Source of the DNA: Polyangiales bacterium | Lineage (GTDB): Bacteria > Myxococcota_A > Polyangia > Polyangiales > Houyiibacteriaceae | Assembly: GCA_045106895.1 (NCBI GenBank) | Contig: JBGCFM010000215.1 | Location: 1-23,045 of the forward strand | Reading direction: 5' to 3' | DNA: 23,045 bases | Shown: piece after piece, positions 9,654 to 17,863 of the stretch | Layout of the letters: each line of letters opens with the position of its first letter | Position numbering within the stretch: position 1 is the first letter of the stretch | Notes under the pieces: model-generated | The model's database searches: none | What the model was told of the DNA's origin: nothing | Seen by the model: only the letters and a program-made list of their open reading frames with translations | Position numbers and translations under genes: made by a program

Positions 9654-10427
9654 TTAGAGGAGGCCCGGGACGATGGCTCGGCGACCTTCGGGGTAGTCCT
9701 CAAACTTCTCTCGGTACCAGCGATGGTGAGACCAGGCGCGGGGGATTAGATTCGCCGCCGTGAAGAGCGCGAAGGCTGCCGCAGCTCCGGTCCAGGCGCA
9801 TAATGCGAAGCCGGTCCATTCGATGATTTCGCCGAGGTAGTTCGGGCTCGTGACGAACCGAAATCCGCCGCCGCGGGGGATCTTATAACCGGTCTCCCCG
9901 GGCTTTCGTAGAGAACGTAGAATGTTGTCGCTCTGAACGTTGAGGGCAAAACCCGAAAAGAAGAGCGTCGCGCCGACGAAGAAGAGCGGGCTCAGGAGGT
10001 GCGCGTTCCCTTCCAAGTGTGGAGCGAGGTTCGAGATGGCGAAGCCGTTGATACAGCCGCTCGCGACGTTGAAGAGAATGGCCAGAGCGACCGTGAGCAG
10101 CGGCTTGGGTTTGTCTCCGCCTCGCATTCGAAAAGGGAAGACGAACGAGCGATAGAGGTAGTGCGTGAGGTACATGCCGCAGAGCACGAAGCCCGCCGTC
10201 GTGCGTGTCCCTGTCATTAAAAACATGAAGACAAAACTCGCCGGCGCCGGCGCTTCCATCAGAACCCAGCCCCACCTCGCCTTGATCGAAGGCCCAAACC
10301 CCGCCCGGTGGTGACGGCCGTAGGGCGCGACGACGAAGAAAAGCACCGGAAAGCACAGCGCCGCAGAAACCAGGATCGCGATGAGGGTGCTGGTGTAGAC
10401 GGGGTGAGCCGAGAAGAGTTCAGTCAT
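9654..10427 (-). CDS. 3-oxo-5-alpha-steroid 4-dehydrogenase (steroid 5-alpha-reductase/DET2-like) membrane protein
   Basis: APYGRH, WVLMEAPA, HYLYRSFVFPF, SDNILRSLRKPGETGYKIPRGG, PNYLGEIIEWTG, PRAWSHHRWYREKFEDYP are SRD5A-family signatures. Confidence 0.92.
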   Translation of the reverse strand: MTELFSAHPVYTSTLIAILVSAALCFPVLFFVVAPYGRHHRAGFGPSIKARWGWVLMEAPAPASFVFMFLMTGTRTTAGFVLCGMYLTHYLYRSFVFPFRMRGGDKPKPLLTVALAILFNVASGCINGFAISNLAPHLEGNAHLLSPLFFVGATLFFSGFALNVQSDNILRSLRKPGETGYKIPRGGGFRFVTSPNYLGEIIEWTGFALCAWTGAAAAFALFTAANLIPRAWSHHRWYREKFEDYPEGRRAIVPGLL

Positions 10428-10444
10428 GATTCTTTCGCCGAGTG

Positions 10445-13400
10445 TTAGGGGCTCAGGCGCCGGTAGTAGATGTCAGCGTTCGGCGTCATGGTTCGGACGT
10501 CGGACCAGATCGCATGCACGCTCGTGTTCGAGACGTTGACGAAGGGGGCGGTGCTGTCACCGGTGCCACTATCTAGGCGGTAGTCTTGGGGTTGCCACGT
10601 CGCTCCGCCGTCGAGGGAGAAGTTGGCGTGGATATCGAGGTTGCCCGCGCGGTCGTCGACCCAGGCTGCGCCGATGAGGCTCCCGCTGCCATCGAGGCTG
10701 ACGTCAAAGCTGCCAGATGTTCCTGGCGCGGTGCCGGTGTCGAGGCGCTGTGCCGAGTCAAAGGTCGCTCCCGCGGAGTTGCTCCTTCGGACGATGATGT
10801 CCGCGAAGCCGAAGCGGTAGTCGACCCAGCTGACGACGACGAGGCCGCCGCTCGGCGCGGTGATCGTCGGTTGGGACGAGTCGTGGGGCAGGGGGTCATC
10901 GTCGATGCTCGTCGCGGCGCTGAAGGTGCCTCCACGGTTGGTGCTTCGGGCGAAGTTGATGTCGAAGGAGCTGCCGCTTCGGTCGTCGACCCAGGCCACA
11001 TACACGTTGTTGCCCTCGGCGCCGACGACGGGGGCGAAGCTCGCACCGGAGCCACTATCCAGTCGGCGGTCGCTTGCGGAGAAGGACGCGCCGGAGTCTG
11101 TGCTGCGAACGTGGAAGACGTTGAGGGCGCCGGCTCGATTGTCGCGCCAGACCACGTGAACGTCGCTTCCGGCGGCGGCGATCTGCGGTGTTGCGGCGAC
11201 GAAGCTTGCGCCGGTGCCATGGTCGAGCTGAACCGGCGCCGCGAAGGAGCTGCCGTTGTTTGTTGAACGCAGCAAGAAGACATGGCGCTCGCTCGGCGTC
11301 GTGAATGACTCGTACACCGCGTATACGTTCGAGCCGCTCACGGCGAGCTGAACGTTGAAACTGTCGGTGTTCATGGACGGATTGATTCGGCTCGCCGTCA
11401 AGAACGAAGCGCCGCTGTTCGTCGAGCGACGGTGCATCACTTCGCGGTAGCTCGTGCCCCCGCGAAAGTCTGCCCAGAGAGTGTTGACGTTCGTGCCGCT
11501 GACGACGACCCGCGGGCCGATCGCTGCGCCGCCATTGATGTCGAGGCGGAAGGGGCTACTGAAGCTGCCGCCGCCGTTGGTGGAACGTGAGAAATAGGTC
11601 CTCGCTCGGCCGCCACCACGAAGGTCCATCCACGCGGCGTAGAGGTTGGACCCGTTCGAAGTCATGAAGGGCTGAACGGAGTTGTGTTCACCCGCCGCGT
11701 CGCCGACGTCGACGCGCGTTGCGCTGCTCGGTTGAACCACGAGGCATCCTTCGTCGGCGGTACCGTCGCAGTCGTTGTCGGGGCCGTCGCAGAGTGTCTC
11801 GATGGACTGGTAGGTGTCTGGGAAGCTGCAACGCCAACCGGAGGCTCCGTTGCAAACCGGAGTGCGGCCGGCGCAAACGCCGCGCGTTTCTGCACAGGAT
11901 GCCGGCGTTACGGAGGGCGGCGCGGGGCCGTCGTCGATGTCGCTGTTGCAGTTGTCATCGATGCCGTTGCAGAGCTCCGCGGTGGGCTCGACGTATCCGC
12001 CTCCGCAGCTTAGCGCGCCGCCGGCGCAGACCACGCTTCCGTAGGCGCAGGCGCCGACGTTCGTCTCGCCGCATCGGACGCCAACGCCCGGAAGAGGTTC
12101 CGCCGCCGTGTTTTCGTCGGTGCGGCCATCGCAGTCTTCATCGAATCCGTCGCAGGTCTCCGGCGTTGGACCACGCCCGCCAACACAGACGAGGCTGCCA
12201 CGCTGGCAGGTCTGGGTTCCGCGGGTGCAGACGCCGCCGGATGGACCACACGCGCTGCCCACGCTGGGGTCGGCTTCGTCGATGCGCCCATCGCAGTCGT
12301 CGTCGATGCCGTTGCAGGAGTCGACGCCGCCGGTGGGGGTGCATGCATATTCACAGCCCGTCGAGGGGTTGCCGTCGACGTCGACGAAACCTGCGTCGCA
12401 CGCGCCGATGGAGCAGACGCTTCCAGAGCACGCGCCCGTCGCGTTGACGAAGGTGCAGGCGTTGCCGCAGCGACCACAGTGGCTGGCGTTGGTGCTCAGA
12501 TCGAAGCCCTCGTCGATGCGAGAGTCGCAATCATCATCGGCGCCGTTGCAGGTCTCCGCGCCGGTGGGGGAGCAGGCGAGCTCGCAGCCGTCCGCTGGGT
12601 CCATGTTGACGTCGACGAATCCAGCATTGCAATCGCCGATCTGGCAGACCGAATCCATGCACGTGGCTCCAGCGTTGTTGAACGAGCAGACGTTGCCGCA
12701 GAGGCCACAGTTGCCGATGTCGCTGGTGACGTCAAAGCCCTCGTCTGTGTTGCCGTCGCAGTCGTTGTCGCGGGTATCACAAAGCTCTTCGCCGGTCTCG
12801 ATGCACTCGTACTCGCACCCGTTCGTTTCGTTCTCGTCGAGATCGTGAAAGCCAATCTCACAGCGCTCCACGGTGCACTCGCCGCCCATGCAGCCCGGGA
12901 AGGCGCCGGGAATCACGCACTCGCGCTCACACATGCCGCAGTTGCGAGGGTCTCCATCGAGGTCGAAGTCCTCGTCGAAGAGACCGTCACAGTCGTTGTC
13001 GATCTCGTCGCAGAGCTCTTCGCCGGTGGCGACGCAGCCATCCTCGGCGGTGACGTCGGGGCGGCCCACATCGATAACGCCGGCGTCTTCACCGCCGCAG
13101 TTGTTGAGGCAGTAGGGTTCGACATCGCAGCCGTAGGTGAAGAACGCGCAGGCTAAGGGGACGAGGACACGCGCGCTCAGCGAGCGACGCCGCAGGGCGA
13201 CTCCGAGGAGGCCCAAGAGCAGAACGAGTCCAAGTGGTGCATTCTCGCGTCCGCCGCCGGCGGCATCGCATGCGCAGCCACCGCCGCCGGAGGCAAGGCC
13301 GAGTTCTGGTTCCACGGGCGGAGCCGCCGCGGGGTCGGTGCATTGGCCGTCGCCTGTGCACACGGTGTCGCCAGGGCAGCGGACTTGGGCGCAGGCATCA

Positions 13401-15718
13401 TCGACGCATTCGTTTCCACGACAGACGCGGTCGCGACCACAGCTCATCCCGCAGTCGTTCGCGACACAGCTGCCTTCAACGCAGCTCTCGGAGTCCGCGC
13501 AACCGCCACATGGAGCATCGACGCAGGTGTTCCCGTCGCAGACTTCGCCCGCCGCACAGACCGTTGTGCAGACGTCGACGCAGCTGCCTTCGCGGCAGTA
13601 AGAGTCGCCTTCGCAGCTTACATCGAGGCAAGGGTCCGCTTCGCAGACGCCCTCGGCGCAGCGTTCGCCCGCGTCACAGCCACGGCCATAGCAGTTGTCT
13701 TCGACGCAGCCGCCACGAACGCAGGTGTCACCATCTGCGCAGGCGACGTTTTCGCACAAGTCGCGGCACATCCCCGTCGTTGGGTCACAGAGTTCGGTCT
13801 CGGCGCATTCGACGTCGGCGCACATACCTGAGACGCAGTAGCCAGGGATTCCTTCGTCGGGACGCGCGAGGCTTGTGTCGCATTCTCTGCCAGGAGGGCA
13901 GGGGAACTCAAGAGAGGTGCAAGGCGTCAGGCAAGCACATTCGACACACGCGCCGTCGCCGGGGCAAAGACCATCGCCCTCTTCATCGATGAGACCATCG
14001 CAGTCGTCATCCTCGCAGTTGCAGATCTCCGGGGAGGGGCTCGTGGCCCCGCGGCAGGTCAGCTCGCCGCTGATGCAGACCACGTTGCCCGGAATGCAGC
14101 GGTCTTCCGGCATCGCAGGGTCGACAAGGTCGTAGCCGCCCATGTCGTTCGGGATGCAGGTCTCGCCGCCACCGGGGTTGCCGTCGTCGATGACGCCGTC
14201 GCAGTCGTCATCGATGTTATTACAAATCTCCACGCCTGGAGTCGGCGCATCGCAGCCGCCCCACATGCCTTCCATGCACGTCTCGTTGCCGATGCCGCAG
14301 GCCGATGAGCAGGTCCGGGTGAGCATCTCATCGATGTCACCGTCGCAGTCGTCGTCGATGTTGTTGCAGGCTTCGTCCCTCGGCGTGGGTGCGGTACATC
14401 CAACGAAAGCGCCGCTGATGCAGACTTCCGTGCCGTTGCCGCAGGCGGAACTGCACATCTGAGAGAGTCCCTCGTCGGTGCGTCCATCGCAGTCGTCGTC
14501 GGATGCGTTGCAGGTCTCCGGAGCCGGCGTAGCCGCGGTACATCCTGCAAAGGATCCGTCTGTGCAGGTCTCGGTTCCCGCGCCACAAGCGGTGGAACAC
14601 GCCCGCGTGAGCATCTCGTCGATGCGACCGTCGCAGTCTTCGTCGGTGCCATCGCAGGTCTCGATGGAGGCGCTCGGCGCCGTGCACTCAACATAGCTGC
14701 CGCTCCGGCAAATCTCGGTGCCGCTGCCGCAGTCGTTGGAGCAAGCGCGGTCGTTGCCTTCATCCACGGTGCTGTCGCAGTCGTTGTCGATGCCGTCGCA
14801 GATGTCCGGCTCCGGGCTCGGAGCGGTACATCCGCTGAACGTGCCTGGGCCGGTACAGGTTTCAACGCCGGCGCCGCAAACGGACGTGCAGGCACGGGTG
14901 ATGCCTTCGTCGACGTTGAGGTCACAGTCGTCGTCCAGGCCGTTGCAGGTCTCGAGGTTCGGGACGCAGGTCGGGACAAGTCCATCGACGCGTGTGAGCA
15001 CGTCCTCGAAGTCGTTGTCGCCGCCGCGGAAGAGGTCCTCGAAGCCGAAGTAGTAGGAGTCCGTAAACTCGACGGACTCGTAGACGAGGAAATGCACGAA
15101 GTCGCCATCGTCATTGAGGGCCTGACTCGTGAAGTAGGTGCGGTGATCTTGGTTCGCCGCGCTGGGGCCACCGCAGTGGTTGTTGACTCGCGTACCGTCG
15201 AGCTGTTCAGGCGTCCGGATGAAGAATCCGATGGCGCGGTCGCTGGGGAAGTTGATGGTCCGTTCCCAGCTGAGAGCGGAGCCGTCGGTGTTGCGGATCG
15301 ACAGGGGGTCGCAGGGGCACTGGCAGATGGCGGCGACGGGTCGGCAGTCGAAGACCATGTGGAGGTTTGCTGGGTCGGTGATGTCCTCATCGACGTAGTA
15401 GTAGCCAAACACGTTCACGAACCCGGCGCCTTCGCCGATCATTCGAAACGTGACGGGGTAGCTCACGGTTCCGTCGCCTGCGACGACGCGGTTCGAAGGA
15501 CGAAACGCCTCCGGCAACACCGCAGCGTCGCTTTGAGCGTTCACGCCGCTGTTGCCTTCGCCGGTGACTGCGCGGTTCAGACACGCCTGCATGTTGGCGC
15601 CGGCGGGCAACACAGTCCCGTCGACCTGACTGATGTAGGCGTGGGCACTGAGCGGAATCAGGGCGAGGGCCGCTGCGGCGAGTGCCCAGCGAAGCCGAGA
15701 GCGGGAAGCATGTATCAC
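10445..15718 (-). CDS. Giant Cys-rich surface protein (~1757 aa): signal peptide, DUF4114-like domain, MopE-type repeats, internal MYXO-CTERM plus lipoprotein signal, more MopE repeats, C-terminal Asp-box/BNR beta-propeller
   Basis: GTG at 15718 gives signal peptide ...LRWALAAAALALIPLSAHA|Y. GFEDLFRGGDNDFED is DUF4114-like. 14 C(N/D)xxDx(D/N)C(D/N) repeats, 7 per half. GGGGCAC..LVLLLGLLGVALRRR mid-protein. Seven SxN/DxGxxF/W Asp-box-like motifs near the C-terminus. Confidence 0.88.
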   Translation of the reverse strand: MIHASRSRLRWALAAAALALIPLSAHAYISQVDGTVLPAGANMQACLNRAVTGEGNSGVNAQSDAAVLPEAFRPSNRVVAGDGTVSYPVTFRMIGEGAGFVNVFGYYYVDEDITDPANLHMVFDCRPVAAICQCPCDPLSIRNTDGSALSWERTINFPSDRAIGFFIRTPEQLDGTRVNNHCGGPSAANQDHRTYFTSQALNDDGDFVHFLVYESVEFTDSYYFGFEDLFRGGDNDFEDVLTRVDGLVPTCVPNLETCNGLDDDCDLNVDEGITRACTSVCGAGVETCTGPGTFSGCTAPSPEPDICDGIDNDCDSTVDEGNDRACSNDCGSGTEICRSGSYVECTAPSASIETCDGTDEDCDGRIDEMLTRACSTACGAGTETCTDGSFAGCTAATPAPETCNASDDDCDGRTDEGLSQMCSSACGNGTEVCISGAFVGCTAPTPRDEACNNIDDDCDGDIDEMLTRTCSSACGIGNETCMEGMWGGCDAPTPGVEICNNIDDDCDGVIDDGNPGGGETCIPNDMGGYDLVDPAMPEDRCIPGNVVCISGELTCRGATSPSPEICNCEDDDCDGLIDEEGDGLCPGDGACVECACLTPCTSLEFPCPPGRECDTSLARPDEGIPGYCVSGMCADVECAETELCDPTTGMCRDLCENVACADGDTCVRGGCVEDNCYGRGCDAGERCAEGVCEADPCLDVSCEGDSYCREGSCVDVCTTVCAAGEVCDGNTCVDAPCGGCADSESCVEGSCVANDCGMSCGRDRVCRGNECVDDACAQVRCPGDTVCTGDGQCTDPAAAPPVEPELGLASGGGGCACDAAGGGRENAPLGLVLLLGLLGVALRRRSLSARVLVPLACAFFTYGCDVEPYCLNNCGGEDAGVIDVGRPDVTAEDGCVATGEELCDEIDNDCDGLFDEDFDLDGDPRNCGMCERECVIPGAFPGCMGGECTVERCEIGFHDLDENETNGCEYECIETGEELCDTRDNDCDGNTDEGFDVTSDIGNCGLCGNVCSFNNAGATCMDSVCQIGDCNAGFVDVNMDPADGCELACSPTGAETCNGADDDCDSRIDEGFDLSTNASHCGRCGNACTFVNATGACSGSVCSIGACDAGFVDVDGNPSTGCEYACTPTGGVDSCNGIDDDCDGRIDEADPSVGSACGPSGGVCTRGTQTCQRGSLVCVGGRGPTPETCDGFDEDCDGRTDENTAAEPLPGVGVRCGETNVGACAYGSVVCAGGALSCGGGYVEPTAELCNGIDDNCNSDIDDGPAPPSVTPASCAETRGVCAGRTPVCNGASGWRCSFPDTYQSIETLCDGPDNDCDGTADEGCLVVQPSSATRVDVGDAAGEHNSVQPFMTSNGSNLYAAWMDLRGGGRARTYFSRSTNGGGSFSSPFRLDINGGAAIGPRVVVSGTNVNTLWADFRGGTSYREVMHRRSTNSGASFLTASRINPSMNTDSFNVQLAVSGSNVYAVYESFTTPSERHVFLLRSTNNGSSFAAPVQLDHGTGASFVAATPQIAAAGSDVHVVWRDNRAGALNVFHVRSTDSGASFSASDRRLDSGSGASFAPVVGAEGNNVYVAWVDDRSGSSFDINFARSTNRGGTFSAATSIDDDPLPHDSSQPTITAPSGGLVVVSWVDYRFGFADIIVRRSNSAGATFDSAQRLDTGTAPGTSGSFDVSLDGSGSLIGAAWVDDRAGNLDIHANFSLDGGATWQPQDYRLDSGTGDSTAPFVNVSNTSVHAIWSDVRTMTPNADIYYRRLSP

Positions 15719-15759
15719 CCGGCCAGGGTAGCAGTTTGCGCCTTCACCGGGGCGCTTGT

Positions 15760-16782
15760 TCAGGCGGAAGGCGTGGGTTTCACGGCTTGAGCGAGGACTT
15801 CTTTCCCGCCGCGGCTCAAGGCCCACTCGGAGAGCGCTTTCATCCCGTCGGCTTGGCTCACTTCGGGGACGTAGGAAAGCTGGTCGCGGGCCCGCGAGGC
15901 GTCGAAGGAGTGGCTCTGCGCTCGACGCAGAATATCCGCGTCGGGGGTGCCTCCTCCTCCAAGCCTGCCAAACCAGGCGAGGGCGCGGCTCACGGCGAGG
16001 CCCGCTCCTCTCCGCGGCGCGGGCAGGTCGAGGGCTTCAGAGAGACTGCGGAAGAATTCGCCGGCGAGGGCCATCTCCGCGTCGACGATGTGAAACACGC
16101 TCCCGGCAGCGCCCTCATGCTGCGTCGTTAGCCATGCCGCCTGCGCGACGTTCTCGATGTAGCTGACGCCGACGAAACGTTCGCCTTTGGAATAGAGCGG
16201 GAGTCCTGACTTGAGTCCTTCGCGGATGATCTCCGGCGACGTGCCCCAGCTTCCCTCGGTCTCGCCGCCCGGCCCCCAGACGAAGGCTGGACGAAGCACG
16301 ACGGTGCTGAGTGCCCCGCCGGCGGCGCCGATGACCGATTCTTCCGCTCTGGCCATGGTTTCCGCATGAGCGTCAAAGCCGCGGCTTGGGAGCACTCGGT
16401 CTTCGTTCCAGTTTACGCGCGGTTTTGAACTCAGCGTGACGTCCGCGCAGGAGATGTGCGTGAGTCGTCGAACGCCCACGTGGCGACAGGCGGTGATCAC
16501 ATTCTCCGTGCCGGCGACATGGGCCCAACCGAGCACTTTTCGTGGTGTCCGCCGGTCACGGATGCCCGCGGCGTGAATCGCGTGTGTGCATCCTTCGGCG
16601 GCCTTGGCGAGGGCACTCGGATCGCCGAGTTGCGCGTCGAAGACCCGCATCCCAGCCGCCTCGAGGGCCGTCGCGGACTCGTTGTCTCGCGCCGTCGCGT
16701 GCACCTCGGCGCCTTCACGCAGGAAGCGACGGGCGATGGCTCCGCCGATAAACCCTGTGGCTCCAAAAACTACTACTCGCAT
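15760..16782 (-). CDS. Extended SDR, NAD-dependent epimerase/3-beta-hydroxysteroid dehydrogenase-like, with a non-canonical active site
   Basis: ATG at 16782 gives MRVVVFGATGFIGG (GxxGxxG); HAAG, GTENVITAC, TVVLRPAFVWGPG, YIENVAQA, ARDQLSYVP. YxxxK position reads HAETM. Confidence 0.85.
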   Translation of the reverse strand: MRVVVFGATGFIGGAIARRFLREGAEVHATARDNESATALEAAGMRVFDAQLGDPSALAKAAEGCTHAIHAAGIRDRRTPRKVLGWAHVAGTENVITACRHVGVRRLTHISCADVTLSSKPRVNWNEDRVLPSRGFDAHAETMARAEESVIGAAGGALSTVVLRPAFVWGPGGETEGSWGTSPEIIREGLKSGLPLYSKGERFVGVSYIENVAQAAWLTTQHEGAAGSVFHIVDAEMALAGEFFRSLSEALDLPAPRRGAGLAVSRALAWFGRLGGGGTPDADILRRAQSHSFDASRARDQLSYVPEVSQADGMKALSEWALSRGGKEVLAQAVKPTPSA

Positions 16783-16824
16783 CGTCCGGGAGTAGACCAC
16801 ACCTTGAAGCCTTTGTTCCCTTTC

Positions 16825-16992
16825 CTAGTGCATCATCTCCGAAGTTCTGACCGGTTGAGGGCGGCCCTTGGCCGCGATCTTCGTCCCACTTCGCCTTGAA
16901 TGTACGCTGCACGTCCTTCGTTGAAGTGAATCAAAGCTCACATTCCAATCATCCAACCTGAACCAGTCAGAACTTCGGAGATGAAGCACTAG
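16825..16992. mobile_element. MITE-like element with ~36-bp terminal inverted repeats (including flanking CTAG)
   Basis: Left CTAGTGCATCATCTCCGAAGTTCTGACCGGTTGAGG versus reverse complement of right CTAGTGCTTCATCTCCGAAGTTCTGACTGGTTCAGG: 33/36 identical. CTAG on both sides. Interior is more AT-rich and has no transposase. Confidence 0.7.
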
Positions 16993-17681
16993 TGGCCGCC
17001 TCCACATTTGCCGCAGGCGGTGATGTCGAGGCTGCTTTCGGCGGGCGCTGCGTTTGTCTGAGCATAGGAGCGCTGAGCCCGGGCGGCGCCTGGCGGGCCA
17101 CCTTTGTTCGGCTCCGTGTCGCCTGCTTCCGCCGCTTCATTTCCTTGGGGGGCACCGGGGGATTGAGCCCGCGCCGCCTCCTGCGTCATCTCCGCCTGGA
17201 GCTTTGCCATCTTCGCGCGGGCTTTGGCGGCCACCTTGCGGTCTTGGCCCGACGGGCTGGCTGGGGCCGTGGCTGCGCGTACAACCTGCTGCATCTTCGC
17301 GATGCTCGCTTTGGGATCGCCGGAGATCTCCGAGGCGTCGATGCTCACTTCGCCGCCGACGGCGTAGCGACGTCCATCGGGGCCGGTTTCAAACTCGTAG
17401 CTCGGTGCGCCTGCGTGGCTTCCGCCCGCTGCTGCGTGCGCCTGCTCGTGGGCACGTACTTCGGCGTCGCGGTTCTTTAGCCGCTGCACCTCTTCCTTGT
17501 CGGAAGCGCTGAGCTCTTCCGTCGGGCGCGCCGCCGCCGATGACTCGCTGGCGCGTATGGCTTCGACGCGCTCGTCGGCCCGCACAAGCGCGGCTTGTTG
17601 TCGTTGAATGCCTGGGGGCGGAGACGCATCTTCGATGCGCGGCCGATCGGGGATTCGTTGAGATAGACCGGGGGAGAGCAC
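16989..17681 (-). CDS. SprA-related family protein (putative metalloprotease CJM1_0395-like)
   Basis: [55 protein letters not shown] are family signatures. Exact start uncertain. Confidence 0.85.
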   Translation of the reverse strand: MLSPGLSQRIPDRPRIEDASPPPGIQRQQAALVRADERVEAIRASESSAAARPTEELSASDKEEVQRLKNRDAEVRAHEQAHAAAGGSHAGAPSYEFETGPDGRRYAVGGEVSIDASEISGDPKASIAKMQQVVRAATAPASPSGQDRKVAAKARAKMAKLQAEMTQEAARAQSPGAPQGNEAAEAGDTEPNKGGPPGAARAQRSYAQTNAAPAESSLDITACGKCGGGH

Positions 17682-17863
17682 GGGAGCTTAGAAACGACCG
17701 ACGCGCCCCTCTTTTGAACCCACTTTGTTGGCGGACGCCGGCGTCGGCTGGCGCCGGCTCGTTTTTCGTATCCGTTCCTTCGAGCGTTCTTCGAAGGGTC
17801 CAGCGGCACGACGTGTGCTCCAGGGGAAATGGTCGCAAGCAGCGGCAGAAAGAAGTTGGACGA

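Noticed and set aside
11740..14960. Regularly spaced GCAGTCGTCGTCG-like DNA repeats resembling a CRISPR array
   Set aside because: They are degenerate codon-level repeats of the DDDCD protein motif inside an ORF, with no invariant repeat and no cas genes.
10445..15718. Calling the giant protein TraA or a sialidase
   Set aside because: No adjacent traB-like OmpA gene or recognisable TraA head. Asp-boxes alone do not show sialidase activity.
15719..15826. ORF-track N-terminal extension of the giant protein
   Set aside because: Overlaps the SDR gene. GTG at 15718 gives a proper signal peptide and has an extended -10 box 6 nt upstream.
16715..17007. Short ORFs (60-65 aa) across the inverted-repeat element; retron or toxin-antitoxin interpretation
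   Set aside because: The ORFs derive from the repeats and overlap neighbouring genes. There is no reverse transcriptase or toxin-like peptide nearby.
17806..17823. Possible LexA box upstream of recA (GCAC-GACGT-GTGC dyad)
   Set aside because: Only 4-bp arms, and it does not convincingly match LexA consensus sequences I know.
17540..17863. 108-aa N-terminal extension of RecA in the ORF track
   Set aside because: Overlaps the divergent SprA-related gene and the promoter region; RecA homology begins at ATG 17864.
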